A stretch of DNA of 35,246 nt, from UHGV virus genome UHGV-0095853. One strand, given 5' to 3'. Source of the DNA: a virus. The notes beneath the pieces were generated by a model. That model was not told the DNA's origin, made no database searches, and saw only the letters and a list, made by a program, of their open reading frames with translations. Below are positions 1-9,227 of this stretch, piece after piece; position 1 is the stretch's first letter, and every line of letters begins with the position of its first letter. The position numbers were made by a program, and so were the translations under genes.

Positions 1-90
1 CGGCGGAAAAACCGGTATTTAACCGCACCGTTGGGCTGCGTGATACCTGGGCGAAGTTAGGTTAATAGGTATTTCGCCACATGAAAAAGT

Positions 91-116
91 AAACGCCGCT
101 ACTGCGGCGTTTTTTA
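91..116. terminator. Bidirectional intrinsic terminator at the 3' end of dam
   Basis: GC-rich hairpin (acgccgc / gcggcgt, loop tact) flanked by an A-run on one side and TTTTT on the other; overlaps the dam stop codon. Confidence 0.5.
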
Positions 117-1019
117 CTTCATTATTGCAATTATATCGTTAGCAACTACACGTGTTGACGCCTTGCAGGAAACCGACCGTCTGGCTGCCATATGATGTAC
201 TTTAAACCCGTTTCCTTCATATAGTTCACGGATGTTTGGAGCACCACTATTTGTTATCACTACCTTAGCGCCGCGCTGGTGGGCATCCACCAACAGTGAT
301 ACAAGCCGTTTTTGTTCATCGAAACGGAAGCTATTTCCTGAATAGCTGGTAAATCCCTCTGTATCCGGAAGCGGTTCATACGGCGGATCACAAAAAATCA
401 CATCGTCTTCACCAGCCGCCTCGATGACGCTAGCAAAGTCTCCTGATACAAAGGAAGTGTTTTTGAGTACGTCATCAGCCAAAAATGCCTCCATCTCTGC
501 ATGTGGGAAGTAGGGCGCTTTGTATTTGCCATACCCCACGTTGAACTCGCCATTTTGGTTGTACCGCGTTACGCCATTAAAACAGTGACGATTAAGGTAC
601 AAAAATGCGGCAGCATGATGTAGCTGGTCATATTTTCCTCTGTTAAATGCCTCACGCACTTCGAGGTAAGCGTCAGCGTTGTTGTAATTTTTGAAAAAAC
701 TATATGACAGCGTGACGAGCGAATGTCCTTCTCGCTGCAATGTCTGATAGAAGTTAATCAGGTCACCGTTAATATCATTAAGCAGGTTGTGGCGAAATCC
801 TGCATTCGTAAATACGGAACCGCCACCAACGAATGGTTCTATTAACCGCTTACCGTGTGGTAGATGCTCAAGCACTGTAGGCAATTCTGAGAATTTACCA
901 CCTACCCATTTGAATATCGGACGCTCATATTCATCCGGAGTCCGAATGGTGCGCATATAGCTAATTTCAGCCATCGTATCCTGTTTTTCTATGGCTATGC
1001 TTGCTATAGATTTACTCAT
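114..1019 (-). CDS. dam: DNA adenine methyltransferase, Dam family (N6-A, probable GATC specificity)
   Basis: Motif I FVGGGSV and motif IV DPPY; collinear with E. coli Dam along its length; start taken at ATG 1019 (MSKS...), overlapping the upstream stop. Confidence 0.85.
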   Translation of the reverse strand: MSKSIASIAIEKQDTMAEISYMRTIRTPDEYERPIFKWVGGKFSELPTVLEHLPHGKRLIEPFVGGGSVFTNAGFRHNLLNDINGDLINFYQTLQREGHSLVTLSYSFFKNYNNADAYLEVREAFNRGKYDQLHHAAAFLYLNRHCFNGVTRYNQNGEFNVGYGKYKAPYFPHAEMEAFLADDVLKNTSFVSGDFASVIEAAGEDDVIFCDPPYEPLPDTEGFTSYSGNSFRFDEQKRLVSLLVDAHQRGAKVVITNSGAPNIRELYEGNGFKVHHMAARRSVSCKASTRVVANDIIAIMK

Positions 1020-1692
1020 AGAGCACCCCCTTATTCGCTTCGAAAACTGCCTTTGCGAATCCATGTGGAGTAGCACTTCGGAAATTAGCCCTGTCAGGCC
1101 CTGGTGGCGCGGCATGGATTCTGTTATCTGGCTTGCCTAATGATTCGTCCATTAGGGCATCAGGCATGACAAAGCCCTGGCCGCTCCAGAGGCATGTTTT
1201 TTTGGTGTAGTTATCTTCCTGACAATATGCAGTGAAGAAGTAAGGGTGAAAGATGTGATCTGGCTTACGCCAGAATGTCGATATTTTGCTGACCGGATTT
1301 TCAATCATGTACGGACAACCGATCATCTTTGCAATGTCATAACACTGCCAGACAACCTGCATTGCTTTGAACTGGAAAACCGGATCTTTATTAGCCTTGT
1401 CCGAAAACCAGCGCGCGCCGGAAACAGCCAGGTCAGTACACGGTGGGAACCCGGCCAGAAACACGATGCGCTGCAAATTCTTACGGAGAAAAGCGTATAC
1501 TTCATCGCTATCGATGATCGCACTAATACGCGTCAGAACGGCACCTGATTGCATCCGCTCGTCACTGGTCGATAAGTGCTGTGGATCGACGATAGCGGCA
1601 TCGACACCGTATTCCAGCCAGGGGGCAACCATTGCCCCCGTAAAATCACAAAGACTCACAACAAGCGGTCGGTTATTATCGTTCTGCTTCAC
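1012..1692 (-). CDS. Short DNA (cytosine-5)-methyltransferase-like protein (226 aa), tentative
   Basis: GFPPC (motif IV-like PC dipeptide) and ENPV (motif VI-like); GTG start at 1692 with GGAGG 10 nt upstream; translationally coupled to dam; no obvious target-recognition domain. Confidence 0.5.
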   Translation of the reverse strand: MKQNDNNRPLVVSLCDFTGAMVAPWLEYGVDAAIVDPQHLSTSDERMQSGAVLTRISAIIDSDEVYAFLRKNLQRIVFLAGFPPCTDLAVSGARWFSDKANKDPVFQFKAMQVVWQCYDIAKMIGCPYMIENPVSKISTFWRKPDHIFHPYFFTAYCQEDNYTKKTCLWSGQGFVMPDALMDESLGKPDNRIHAAPPGPDRANFRSATPHGFAKAVFEANKGVLYE

Positions 1693-2581
1693 CGCCAATG
1701 GCCTCCACCAGCGCGTTAAACAGTGCAGATAATTCGCCCGTAAAGAGCACGAAATCAGCATCAAATCGTTGTGCTACATCCTCCCGGTCGATATCGTCGT
1801 TCTGGTCATAGAGATCATCACAGAATGTCAGGGCTTTGATACTCATATCATCGTTGACTCTGAACGACGCACGGTCCATCCAGTTAATTGCAACGGTCGT
1901 AGCTACTTTCCCCGCCTCAATGTGAGACATAATCTCGTCGGACTGTAGATCAACTTTGTTGCAGCGAACGGCACCACCATTATCGAGCAGACCCTTTAAT
2001 GTGGCGTCTTCACCTGCTGTAAATCCGGCAGGGAAGCCGCTTTTAAACCACTCGGTCATTGTAATTTCCAGCGGTTCGCGTGGTGTGAATGGAATGACAG
2101 GCAGGCTGCCGAGCGACTTTCGCAATAAAGCCAGCTGGTCCTCTGCCTTTTTGGCGCTGCTTGCCTCAACGAATACCAGATGGTTGCTGCGGTCGATCAG
2201 GATTTTGGCGAGTGATTTTCTCGTGAACGCGCGAGGCAAAAGTGAATGCAGGACTTCATCTTTAAGACTGTCTCTTTCCGTTTTCTTCAGCTTGCGGGCT
2301 TGCTCTTCTTCGAGTTTCAGGACTTTTTTCTGCAACTCTTCCTTGAGCACCTGCGAGGGGAGAATTTTTTCTTCTCGCTTATGCTGTATTAGCAGAAAAC
2401 CCTGGTATTCATGGGTGAGGTTGTCACCAAGAACAGGTGTCCAACCGACTTTAGCTGTGTCCTGAGAACCGCAAGGAGTAAACACGAATTTGCTAAGAGC
2501 ATCGGATACTTCTGCGGCACTCCAGTTAACTTCACGTGAAAGACGATAGATGAAGATGTTTTTGAAAGCGACTGATCTCAT
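1676..2581 (-). CDS. rdgC: Recombination-associated protein RdgC homologue (P1 HrdC-like)
   Basis: Full-length collinearity with E. coli RdgC ([58 protein letters not shown]). Confidence 0.85.
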   Translation of the reverse strand: MRSVAFKNIFIYRLSREVNWSAAEVSDALSKFVFTPCGSQDTAKVGWTPVLGDNLTHEYQGFLLIQHKREEKILPSQVLKEELQKKVLKLEEEQARKLKKTERDSLKDEVLHSLLPRAFTRKSLAKILIDRSNHLVFVEASSAKKAEDQLALLRKSLGSLPVIPFTPREPLEITMTEWFKSGFPAGFTAGEDATLKGLLDNGGAVRCNKVDLQSDEIMSHIEAGKVATTVAINWMDRASFRVNDDMSIKALTFCDDLYDQNDDIDREDVAQRFDADFVLFTGELSALFNALVEAIGGEAER

Positions 2582-2587
2582 GTTTCA

Positions 2588-2631
2588 CCAATTGTGTTAG
2601 AAAATTCTATTCAATTATCTAACACAATTGG
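2588..2631. promoter_or_regulatory. Perfect 14-bp inverted repeat (CCAATTGTGTTAGA / TCTAACACAATTGG, 16-bp spacer) ending 7 nt before the rdgC start codon
   Basis: Read directly; arms carry the recurrent TGTGTTAGA operator core; not followed by a U-run so not a terminator. Confidence 0.5.
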
Positions 2632-2640
2632 ATGTGTTTT

Positions 2641-3294
2641 CTATCCCTTCTTGAAATCAAAGTTGCTTGCGATAGCCTGGAAGGTGCCTCCAGCCTTGAA
2701 ATCAATATTTTCGTCGGCTGTCACAGTAATGTTTTTGCCATTAACGCTGATGTTATCGGCTGATTTGACGTTAACACTCCCTCCCGCATTCACTACTACA
2801 TCAGCCGGACCAATGATGTATATCTGCCCTGATTCATTCATTCCAATCCTTGAGCCTGCTGCCGTATTCGCTATTTCATATCCACCGCCAGCCGTTCGCA
2901 CTTCGAGCACATTGTTGCGGTGAATCACGAAATCTTTTGTCGCCGAAAATTGCGGGCGGGGAGGCGCTCCGTCTACTTCTGGTGGCGTCCAGCCGCTACC
3001 ATTGCCTGACGCCTCCGGCGCGACGTTTGGTACTCCGCCAGGCGCATCCTGAGCTGCGCCAACTATCATTGGGCGTCTGGTATCAATTCGACCATTAACA
3101 TCCAGATAAGGAAACTCTACCCATACCAGGTCGCCTTTTACTGTAGGTACAAACGCGTTACCTATGGGTAACAGGTATTCTGCCCAGGGTAGATCGTCAT
3201 CAGGAACGCCATTCCAGTCTGGTAAAACACGGACCTGAGCACGCATAAGCCCTGCCGGGTGCACAGTTCCAACAATTTGCGCTCTACGCTTCAT
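2641..3294 (-). CDS. Phage protein of unknown function; N-terminal OB-fold-like region and C-terminal Gly/Asn-rich beta-repeat resembling gpV/gp45-type baseplate spikes (tentative)
   Basis: VRVLPDWNG..LPWAE..VKGDLVWVEF pattern then VNAGGSVNVKSADNISVNGKNITV repeats; ATG overlaps upstream stop (ATGA). Confidence 0.55.
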   Translation of the reverse strand: MKRRAQIVGTVHPAGLMRAQVRVLPDWNGVPDDDLPWAEYLLPIGNAFVPTVKGDLVWVEFPYLDVNGRIDTRRPMIVGAAQDAPGGVPNVAPEASGNGSGWTPPEVDGAPPRPQFSATKDFVIHRNNVLEVRTAGGGYEIANTAAGSRIGMNESGQIYIIGPADVVVNAGGSVNVKSADNISVNGKNITVTADENIDFKAGGTFQAIASNFDFKKG

Positions 3295-4271
3295 TTGTTC
3301 GGCACTCCCAATATCATTCGTGTTGTGTAGCCTACGCGGTCTTCAAAGTGCGCAACATTTTTTACTATCAGCTTACGGGGCATTGATTCATCAATGCGGT
3401 TTTCCTGGTCATAGCGGTATACGATAATCTCTATCACCATCCCCGGTTTTATATCAGGATTGCCTGCGACTTCTATATCCATTTTGGGGACGAGAGACAG
3501 CTGCATATTGCGAAGAGTTTCCATATCAGAGTCGGATATATAACGCACTGGGAGTGAGCTATCGCCATATTCGACGTAGCCATCGGTCATGGAATACCCA
3601 ACAAAACGATATTGATTCTTTGCTGTTGTCGCATGTTCCTGTTGGAGTAGGCGCATTTTGGACAAAGTGTATTCTGCTTTAGGGTTATTCCCCTCGTAGG
3701 TAAATGATGGCGTTTGCTTCATCAGATCAGCCAGGGTGTAAAAGTTAAATTCCCCCCGGCATACCCAACATAATGCACCTTTGTCTCGCGCTATCTCCGA
3801 AAGCATTTTTGACGGTTTGTCACCGGCATTCAGATGATATGTAACTGCGCGTTTTAGCACGCTGCTGGTAATTTTAAGCTTGCCGGAATATGCCTTGAAT
3901 ATAGCGTCTGGTGTTTTGTTGGTATGTAAATTTGTGCGCGGGGAGGGGATCTTAAACCTGCGCACGTCTTCACTGACAGCAATAACGGTAACAACATCAC
4001 CAGCCAGCATTGCAGACGTAACAAAGAAATCTGTTTTAAAAGTGCCTGCATTACCGTTTGGATCGCCCATTTCAGCCACCAGCGATGCACCGTATTTGGC
4101 TTTCCAGTCATCAATTACGGTGCCGGTAGCGTCATGAATTTCCAGTTTTAGCAAAGGGGCTTTGAGGCTGGTTTTTTCTACATATACTGCGGTAAAAATC
4201 CAGTCTCGTGGCACTTTGTTATCGTTAATGAGCACTGACTGTAGAAAATATTGTTGTAACTCCTGGGCCAC
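3291..4271 (-). CDS. Hypothetical protein (326 aa)
   Basis: Long ORF, GTG start 4 nt after upstream stop, co-oriented in a 4-gene operon. Confidence 0.6.
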   Translation of the reverse strand: MAQELQQYFLQSVLINDNKVPRDWIFTAVYVEKTSLKAPLLKLEIHDATGTVIDDWKAKYGASLVAEMGDPNGNAGTFKTDFFVTSAMLAGDVVTVIAVSEDVRRFKIPSPRTNLHTNKTPDAIFKAYSGKLKITSSVLKRAVTYHLNAGDKPSKMLSEIARDKGALCWVCRGEFNFYTLADLMKQTPSFTYEGNNPKAEYTLSKMRLLQQEHATTAKNQYRFVGYSMTDGYVEYGDSSLPVRYISDSDMETLRNMQLSLVPKMDIEVAGNPDIKPGMVIEIIVYRYDQENRIDESMPRKLIVKNVAHFEDRVGYTTRMILGVPNK

Positions 4272-4274
4272 TTA

Positions 4275-5042
4275 TCACCCCATAGATATCGAGGTTTCGG
4301 TAATAATACGTTTTGCGTCCAACTCCCATGCTGTGATCACGTCTGCAATCACACTTATCGGCGCTTGTGTGGCATAAATACGCTCTTCTCCAATTGGTGC
4401 TGAAACATCCGTAAAGCCGACTTCTTTGGCATCCTGTATCGAGCAAATCAGCGGGACCGGGACACGAACAAGGTGAGTGGTTGCTTCAAATTGTGTACCT
4501 GTCATCAGGCGAAGCCGTGCGCCCAGCGAATTACACATCAGACTCATGGTCGCTTTATCAGTTGCCATTAACGTAACGTCATACGTCAGAATGGCCTGGG
4601 TGTATTCCAGTTCTGCTAAAGGCATTCCGGTATCCGGTTCGCAAAAACTGGCTACTTTTTTGCGGTCAATCTGCTGATCATCGTTGATATAATTGATATC
4701 CATATTGCGTGAGATATTGACCAGGGGGAGAGCATCCCGGTTAATGTTCTGGTTTTCAGGTTTTCTCCCTTGCCCGGTATTTGCGCGACGAACTGCTTTA
4801 AGAAACTCGATCGCATTGTCGAAACGGGCCACATAGACACGCTCTGCTGGTGGACGATTCAGGAATGACGCAAAGCGTTTTTCTTCCGGCGCGGGGGCCA
4901 CCAGTAAGATATCAGAAAAAATGTTGCTGATTAGCGTCGCAAACGCGTTATCCACGTTTTCAAAGCCCGTGGTCTGGAATTTTCCTGTGCGTGAGGTTTG
5001 CCATTCACCTGTTCGTGCCAGGAGGGTTTTATTTGAAGTCAT
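4275..5042 (-). CDS. Hypothetical protein (255 aa)
   Basis: Long ORF with ATG overlapping upstream stop (ATGA). Confidence 0.6.
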   Translation of the reverse strand: MTSNKTLLARTGEWQTSRTGKFQTTGFENVDNAFATLISNIFSDILLVAPAPEEKRFASFLNRPPAERVYVARFDNAIEFLKAVRRANTGQGRKPENQNINRDALPLVNISRNMDINYINDDQQIDRKKVASFCEPDTGMPLAELEYTQAILTYDVTLMATDKATMSLMCNSLGARLRLMTGTQFEATTHLVRVPVPLICSIQDAKEVGFTDVSAPIGEERIYATQAPISVIADVITAWELDAKRIITETSISMG

Positions 5043-5830
5043 TCGATCACTCCGTTTTGAGTCGTATCAAAATTTCTGGCAGGTATGCAGTAGTAAAGCG
5101 AACCAACATGCTGTGTGCCGTAGCTAAAAATACGGTGCACGTACCACCAGCGGCGGGCTACGCCGTTTACCATCTCTTCATTCCATTCAAGAATTGAGCC
5201 GACGGGGACGTTATTTGCTGCAATACGCAGAATCAGAACATCATCGGTTAAGCCATCCTGCTCACCGTCTGCGTCAATCGCATGGAAAGAGTCACGCCCG
5301 TCAGGGTTATCCAGCACATAAACGATTTCAGGTTCCTGGTAAGTCAGTTCGCGTTGGTTGTTATCCAGTTCAGTGAATGACTCTTCTCCTGTTTCGTCGC
5401 TGACTACCCCATATGTGCCAACATCTGGTCGATATAAGAGAGCCTGAAACGCGTCTGGGCTGGATTCAATAATCAGCATCCAGTCTGCGCGGATTTGGTC
5501 ATTAAAGGCTTTATGCCCGTTATAGCGTGCTTTTAACTGTGGAGTCGGTTCTCTGCCAGCCAGGGAAGGTGGAAGTATGGCTATATCTGATTCGCCAGCG
5601 TCCGGAGTAAGGCCACCGTTGCTATCAGCAAAATTATCATGGCTATCAGCTTCGGCGGTGGATTGCTCTTCCAGAATGCTGAATGAATCCGGTCCGGCAT
5701 TGCCATGTTCCGGCGCGCTTCCTGCATCCGCTTCAACCGTCGCTGGCGTTTCTCTCTGCGTGCTGTCATGTTCTGACTCCTTACTTGCCAGGTTTGCATC
5801 GTCAGCAAACCATTCGTCAAAACGGCCCAT
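5039..5830 (-). CDS. Hypothetical protein with acidic low-complexity N-terminal half
   Basis: ORF 5039..5872; preferred start ATG 5830 (MGRFDEW) with GAGG 6 nt upstream. Confidence 0.55.
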   Translation of the reverse strand: MGRFDEWFADDANLASKESEHDSTQRETPATVEADAGSAPEHGNAGPDSFSILEEQSTAEADSHDNFADSNGGLTPDAGESDIAILPPSLAGREPTPQLKARYNGHKAFNDQIRADWMLIIESSPDAFQALLYRPDVGTYGVVSDETGEESFTELDNNQRELTYQEPEIVYVLDNPDGRDSFHAIDADGEQDGLTDDVLILRIAANNVPVGSILEWNEEMVNGVARRWWYVHRIFSYGTQHVGSLYYCIPARNFDTTQNGVIE

Positions 5831-5906
5831 AAGCATCCTCAAAGGTCGATTTATCAGGTATCGAGGGTGCATTGTCTGGAGATTGTGATTTCAATTCATA
5901 TCCCAG

Positions 5907-5951
5907 CATGGGACTAAAGTGCTTTACATTGTCCCATATCGGGACTACTAT
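5907..5951 (+). promoter_or_regulatory. higBA promoter with overlapping inverted repeat (ATGGGAC ... GTCCCAT), probable HigA operator
   Basis: TTTACA (5922-5927) / TACTAT (5946-5951) hexamers; inverted repeat 5907-5913 / 5930-5936 brackets the -35. Confidence 0.45.
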
Positions 5952-5975
5952 ACTTTCAGCGAGAAGGAATCTGTG

Positions 5976-6278
5976 ATGAAAATAATTTCGGTAAAAACAC
6001 TAAGGGATTTCTGGGCGAAGAATCCCGATGCAGAACAGCCATTAAAGGCATGGGTTGATGAAGCAACAAAGGCTGACTGGAAAAATCCGGCTGAGATCAA
6101 AGAACAGTACCGGACAGCCAGCATCCTTAAAAACAGGCGCGTGGTGTTCAATATTAAGGGAAATGATTACAGGTTAATTGTCGCAATTGCTTATCAGCGA
6201 GGATGGATGTTCGTTAAGTTTATTGGAACACATAAGGAATACGATGCCATTGAAGCGGATACAATAGAACTGGAGTAA
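5976..6278 (+). CDS. higB: Type II toxin HigB-family (RelE-fold mRNA interferase)
   Basis: About 100 aa; FNIKGNDYRLI and FIGTHKEYD signatures; directly followed by an HTH antitoxin. Confidence 0.75.
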   Translation: MKIISVKTLRDFWAKNPDAEQPLKAWVDEATKADWKNPAEIKEQYRTASILKNRRVVFNIKGNDYRLIVAIAYQRGWMFVKFIGTHKEYDAIEADTIELE

Positions 6279-6281
6279 ATC

Positions 6282-6641
6282 ATGAACATTAAACCTATCC
6301 GTACAGAACAAGATTATGAGGCCGCACTGCGTGCGGTCGAACCGATGTTCGATAACGAACCGGAAATGAACACACCGGAAGGCGATTTCTTTGAAGTAAT
6401 GTGCCTGCTCATTGAAGAGTACGAGAAAAAGCATTACCCAATTGAGCCACCATCACCTATTGAAGCCATTAAATTCCGTATGGAACAGCAAGGGCTGACC
6501 GTGAAGGATCTGGAACCGGCGATTGGTAAGTCAAATCGTGTTTACGAAGTGCTAAATGGGACACGAAATTTAACGTTACCTATGATTCGTCGTTTACATT
6601 CCCAGTTTGGCATTCCTCTTGAAAGCCTGGTTGGTGTATGA
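6282..6641 (+). CDS. higA: HigA-family antitoxin (XRE-type HTH)
   Basis: C-terminal HTH (LTVKDLEPAIGKSNRVYEVLNGTRNLTLPMIRRL); 3-nt gap after higB. Confidence 0.75.
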   Translation: MNIKPIRTEQDYEAALRAVEPMFDNEPEMNTPEGDFFEVMCLLIEEYEKKHYPIEPPSPIEAIKFRMEQQGLTVKDLEPAIGKSNRVYEVLNGTRNLTLPMIRRLHSQFGIPLESLVGV

Positions 6642-6645
6642 GTTT

Positions 6646-6672
6646 GGCGGTCTGTATGACCGCCTTTGTTGT
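6646..6672 (+). terminator. Intrinsic terminator after higA
   Basis: Hairpin ggcggtc-tgtat-gaccgcc followed by TTTGTTGT. Confidence 0.6.
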
Positions 6673-6675
6673 CAA

Positions 6676-7872
6676 TCAAGAACCTTTCTTCACGTACTCC
6701 ATAAACATTTTTTCAGCTTGCTCAGGTGACGTTCCTGCCATGACCAGTGCATCAATGAACGCTTGCTTCTTCAGTGCGAATTGATCGGCAAGGCGTTGCT
6801 GAAGCTCCTTGTTTTTCTGTTTCTCACGTTGCAAGGCTGCTTCTTTTGCTGCTGCCCGTTTTTTCTGTGCATCGGACAACTTTCTGGCCCTGGTCAGCTG
6901 GTCACGTAGCTTGTCAATCTTCCCGTTGTCCTTTGCCAGTTTTGTGCTTAAAGCGGCCTGGCGTTTCTGATAGAGCCTCCATTCGCGCTTGGCGGCTTCA
7001 ACGTTCGTTTTACTGCTACGATTGCGATTAAACTCCTTCTCGTCTTCTTTTGAGAAGTGTTTAGTTGTACGGCGGCGATCGTCACCAAATGCAATTTGCG
7101 TTGCGGCCTTTTGTAACGCACGAGCAATACTCATTTGCCAACTGGCGGACTGTAACCGCGTCATTGAGTGGATCACGTGTTTACAGGCGACGCCTTGTAG
7201 CTTAGGGTTACGAACTTTTGGATAGGCGTATTCTTTTGGCGGGGCCAGGGCAAAGTTACCCGCAGTAGCGATGTAACGATACCAGTATTGATGACGACCA
7301 CAGTCACAATCGAAAGACACCCGCCCGGCGCACAGTGATTTAGTGATTTTCAGAGCTGATTTATCGTCTTCTGCGATGTCATCGACCATCTGATCCCATT
7401 CTTCAAAGCGTATCCGGACGATATGGTGCTGGTGGACGGATATATCCGATGCTTCTACGCGGATATTAATCACGTTGTGGCGAAGAGATACAGGTGTAGC
7501 TCTTTTGATACCAGATCCGTCATCCACGGCGTTATTTGCACGCTTAATATCGATTGCCTGGCTGGATGCCACCAGCTGGGCGTATGTGATGCCAGCCGTC
7601 TTGCTGTCATATTTTTCGCGTGTTTTACTCCGTAGCTTTTCGAAACCTTTCAGGTCGTCTCGCGTGAAGAACGTGCCGCCTTTTTTCTTCCCTAACTTGA
7701 GAATATCTTCGGCGGATTTGTTCCTCAGTCTACCTGGCGTCAGCGTCCGGTGAGCTTGTCGGCGCTTACGGGTTTGTTCTTTCCTGATAAGGTCGAATAA
7801 ACGCGTGAAGTCCTTAGAGGACAGGCCGTCAGTGATATAGCGCCCGTCCTGGTTTTTCAGGAAATCAGGCAT
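6676..7872 (-). CDS. SWIM-type zinc-finger protein with Lys/Glu-rich C-terminal coiled coil; function unknown
   Basis: CxC...CxH motif (FDCDCGRHQYWYRY...GVACKHV); C-terminal 130 aa heptad-like K/E/Q-rich; GGAG 8 nt before ATG; overlaps upstream gene by 8 nt. Confidence 0.55.
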   Translation of the reverse strand: MPDFLKNQDGRYITDGLSSKDFTRLFDLIRKEQTRKRRQAHRTLTPGRLRNKSAEDILKLGKKKGGTFFTRDDLKGFEKLRSKTREKYDSKTAGITYAQLVASSQAIDIKRANNAVDDGSGIKRATPVSLRHNVINIRVEASDISVHQHHIVRIRFEEWDQMVDDIAEDDKSALKITKSLCAGRVSFDCDCGRHQYWYRYIATAGNFALAPPKEYAYPKVRNPKLQGVACKHVIHSMTRLQSASWQMSIARALQKAATQIAFGDDRRRTTKHFSKEDEKEFNRNRSSKTNVEAAKREWRLYQKRQAALSTKLAKDNGKIDKLRDQLTRARKLSDAQKKRAAAKEAALQREKQKNKELQQRLADQFALKKQAFIDALVMAGTSPEQAEKMFMEYVKKGS

Positions 7873-8194
7873 TTTCTATCTCCGGTTCCGCGCTTGCGTA
7901 ATCACGGATCTTGTTCCTCAGCCATGCCACATCAGGAAGAGTTAACGTGGTCCCTGCGGGCATTTCTTCCATTTCTGACTCATGGCCCACCAGCACCCGG
8001 AATACCCAGCGCAAATCTGCATTGCCATACGCCCTGTAGGCTGCAAGGTCTGAACGATATACTTCATCAATCTTTATCGTGTACTGGAAATTATCAGAGT
8101 GATACTCCGATACCCGCTTAATCATTTCCTGGTGAAACAGCGCACGAAAAATATCGTCTTCAATGTACCTATCGTCGAGTCTGCTATAGCCCAT
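7865..8194 (-). CDS. Hypothetical protein (109 aa)
   Basis: ATG with GAGAGG 8 nt upstream; translationally coupled to the SWIM protein gene. Confidence 0.55.
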   Translation of the reverse strand: MGYSRLDDRYIEDDIFRALFHQEMIKRVSEYHSDNFQYTIKIDEVYRSDLAAYRAYGNADLRWVFRVLVGHESEMEEMPAGTTLTLPDVAWLRNKIRDYASAEPEIENA

Positions 8195-8387
8195 AACAAA
8201 GCCTCTCAGTCATAACCTGGGGGAAACTGTATGCAGGGTGTGAAATGCGAGAAACAGACAGGCCACCAGTTCAGGGGGATGTGGTTCATAAATCCCCTCA
8301 CTGGTGACAAGTGACTTTCATTAATCTTTATGCGGGGGCCAGCTTCATTTGCTGGCATTAGATTAAAAATTAAACGGAGTGAATGAC

Positions 8388-8522
8388 ATGGATGTTATTC
8401 TAGAATTGTTAAAGCTTATTGATCTGTTTATGAACGCCTCATTGACCACTCAAATACTGGCGTCAATATTTTTGTTACTCTTCTACCTGGTATTGAGGGA
8501 GTTAACAAAGCTACTAATGTGA
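8388..8522 (+). CDS. Possible small hydrophobic peptide (44 aa, one predicted TM helix)
   Basis: ATG 8 nt after GGAG; MDVILELLKLIDLFMNASLTTQILASIFLLLFYLVLRELTKLLM; convergent with and abutting gene 8523..9176. Confidence 0.25.
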   Translation: MDVILELLKLIDLFMNASLTTQILASIFLLLFYLVLRELTKLLM

Positions 8523-9176
8523 TCAAAGTATCACGGTATCTTCATCAACTTCTTTCCCAGTCAGTGACTTTGGCTGGGAGGTGCCTGCTTTAACTTTTTC
8601 ATGCCCAATAATGGACAGGAACGAAGCGAGTATGCCTGTTTTTTGCTCTTTCTCGACTGTACCGGTCATCTGCTCTACGTAATCCGCACTGGCAACATTG
8701 TGGTATACGGTCGCGTAGCAACACAGGATCATCAAAATATGCTCCGGCCTGATATCCTGCCAGTTCACCCGGTAGACTTCTTCTCCGTTACCGTTGTATT
8801 CGGTGTCAACGATGGAGTCAGGGATTTCGAAAGCACCTTTGTTATTTTGCGGCAGGGATAATAGCTTCTGGAGTTTTAACTCTCTGTATCTTTCCATCCC
8901 GACGATGATTGCTGCTCTGCCATCGGCATGACGGGTCTTGAGAGTCACCTGGCTTGCTCCGGTGCCAGCGGAGATCGTTGGCGTAATTTCGTCTACCAGT
9001 ACCTTAAATTTGCTTTTCCGCAGGGCTGCTATAGCTGGAGGAATTTTTTGCTTTTGCTCCAATGCTGACGCGGGAAGGGGTTTTACTTCGTTAATAATGA
9101 GAGCACCGTCTTTCAGTATTGCAGTGAGCATTTGAGGCTTGCTGGTGGTCAGGCTGAATATTGCGATCTTTTCCAT
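8523..9176 (-). CDS. Hypothetical protein (217 aa)
   Basis: ATG 9176 (MEKIAIF) with GGAGGAAGG 7 nt upstream; the longer ORF-track start (9218) is a GTG inside a terminator hairpin. Confidence 0.6.
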   Translation of the reverse strand: MEKIAIFSLTTSKPQMLTAILKDGALIINEVKPLPASALEQKQKIPPAIAALRKSKFKVLVDEITPTISAGTGASQVTLKTRHADGRAAIIVGMERYRELKLQKLLSLPQNNKGAFEIPDSIVDTEYNGNGEEVYRVNWQDIRPEHILMILCCYATVYHNVASADYVEQMTGTVEKEQKTGILASFLSIIGHEKVKAGTSQPKSLTGKEVDEDTVIL

Positions 9177-9203
9177 TGTCCTTCCTCCACGGATGACGGA
9201 TAC

Positions 9204-9227
9204 AAAAAAAGGCCGCACATGGCGGCC
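9204..9227 (-). terminator. Intrinsic-terminator-like hairpin plus U7 tract in the leader of the 8523..9176 operon
   Basis: On the minus strand: GGCCGC-catgt-GCGGCC then TTTTTTT, 27 nt upstream of the ATG. Confidence 0.5.

Noticed and set aside
1246-2465. Plus-strand ORFs 1246..1548, 1367..1732 and 1956..2465
   Set aside because: They lie wholly inside the well-supported minus-strand MTase and rdgC genes and have low-complexity translations; treated as shadow ORFs
2588-2631. Reading the perfect palindrome as the terminator of gene 2641..3294
   Set aside because: 16-nt loop and no U-tract after the stem; arms carry the recurrent operator core
2641-5830. Contractile-tail, tailocin or T6SS-like cluster around the spike-like protein
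   Set aside because: No sheath, tube, baseplate wedge or ATPase genes adjacent; a single spike-like fold is insufficient
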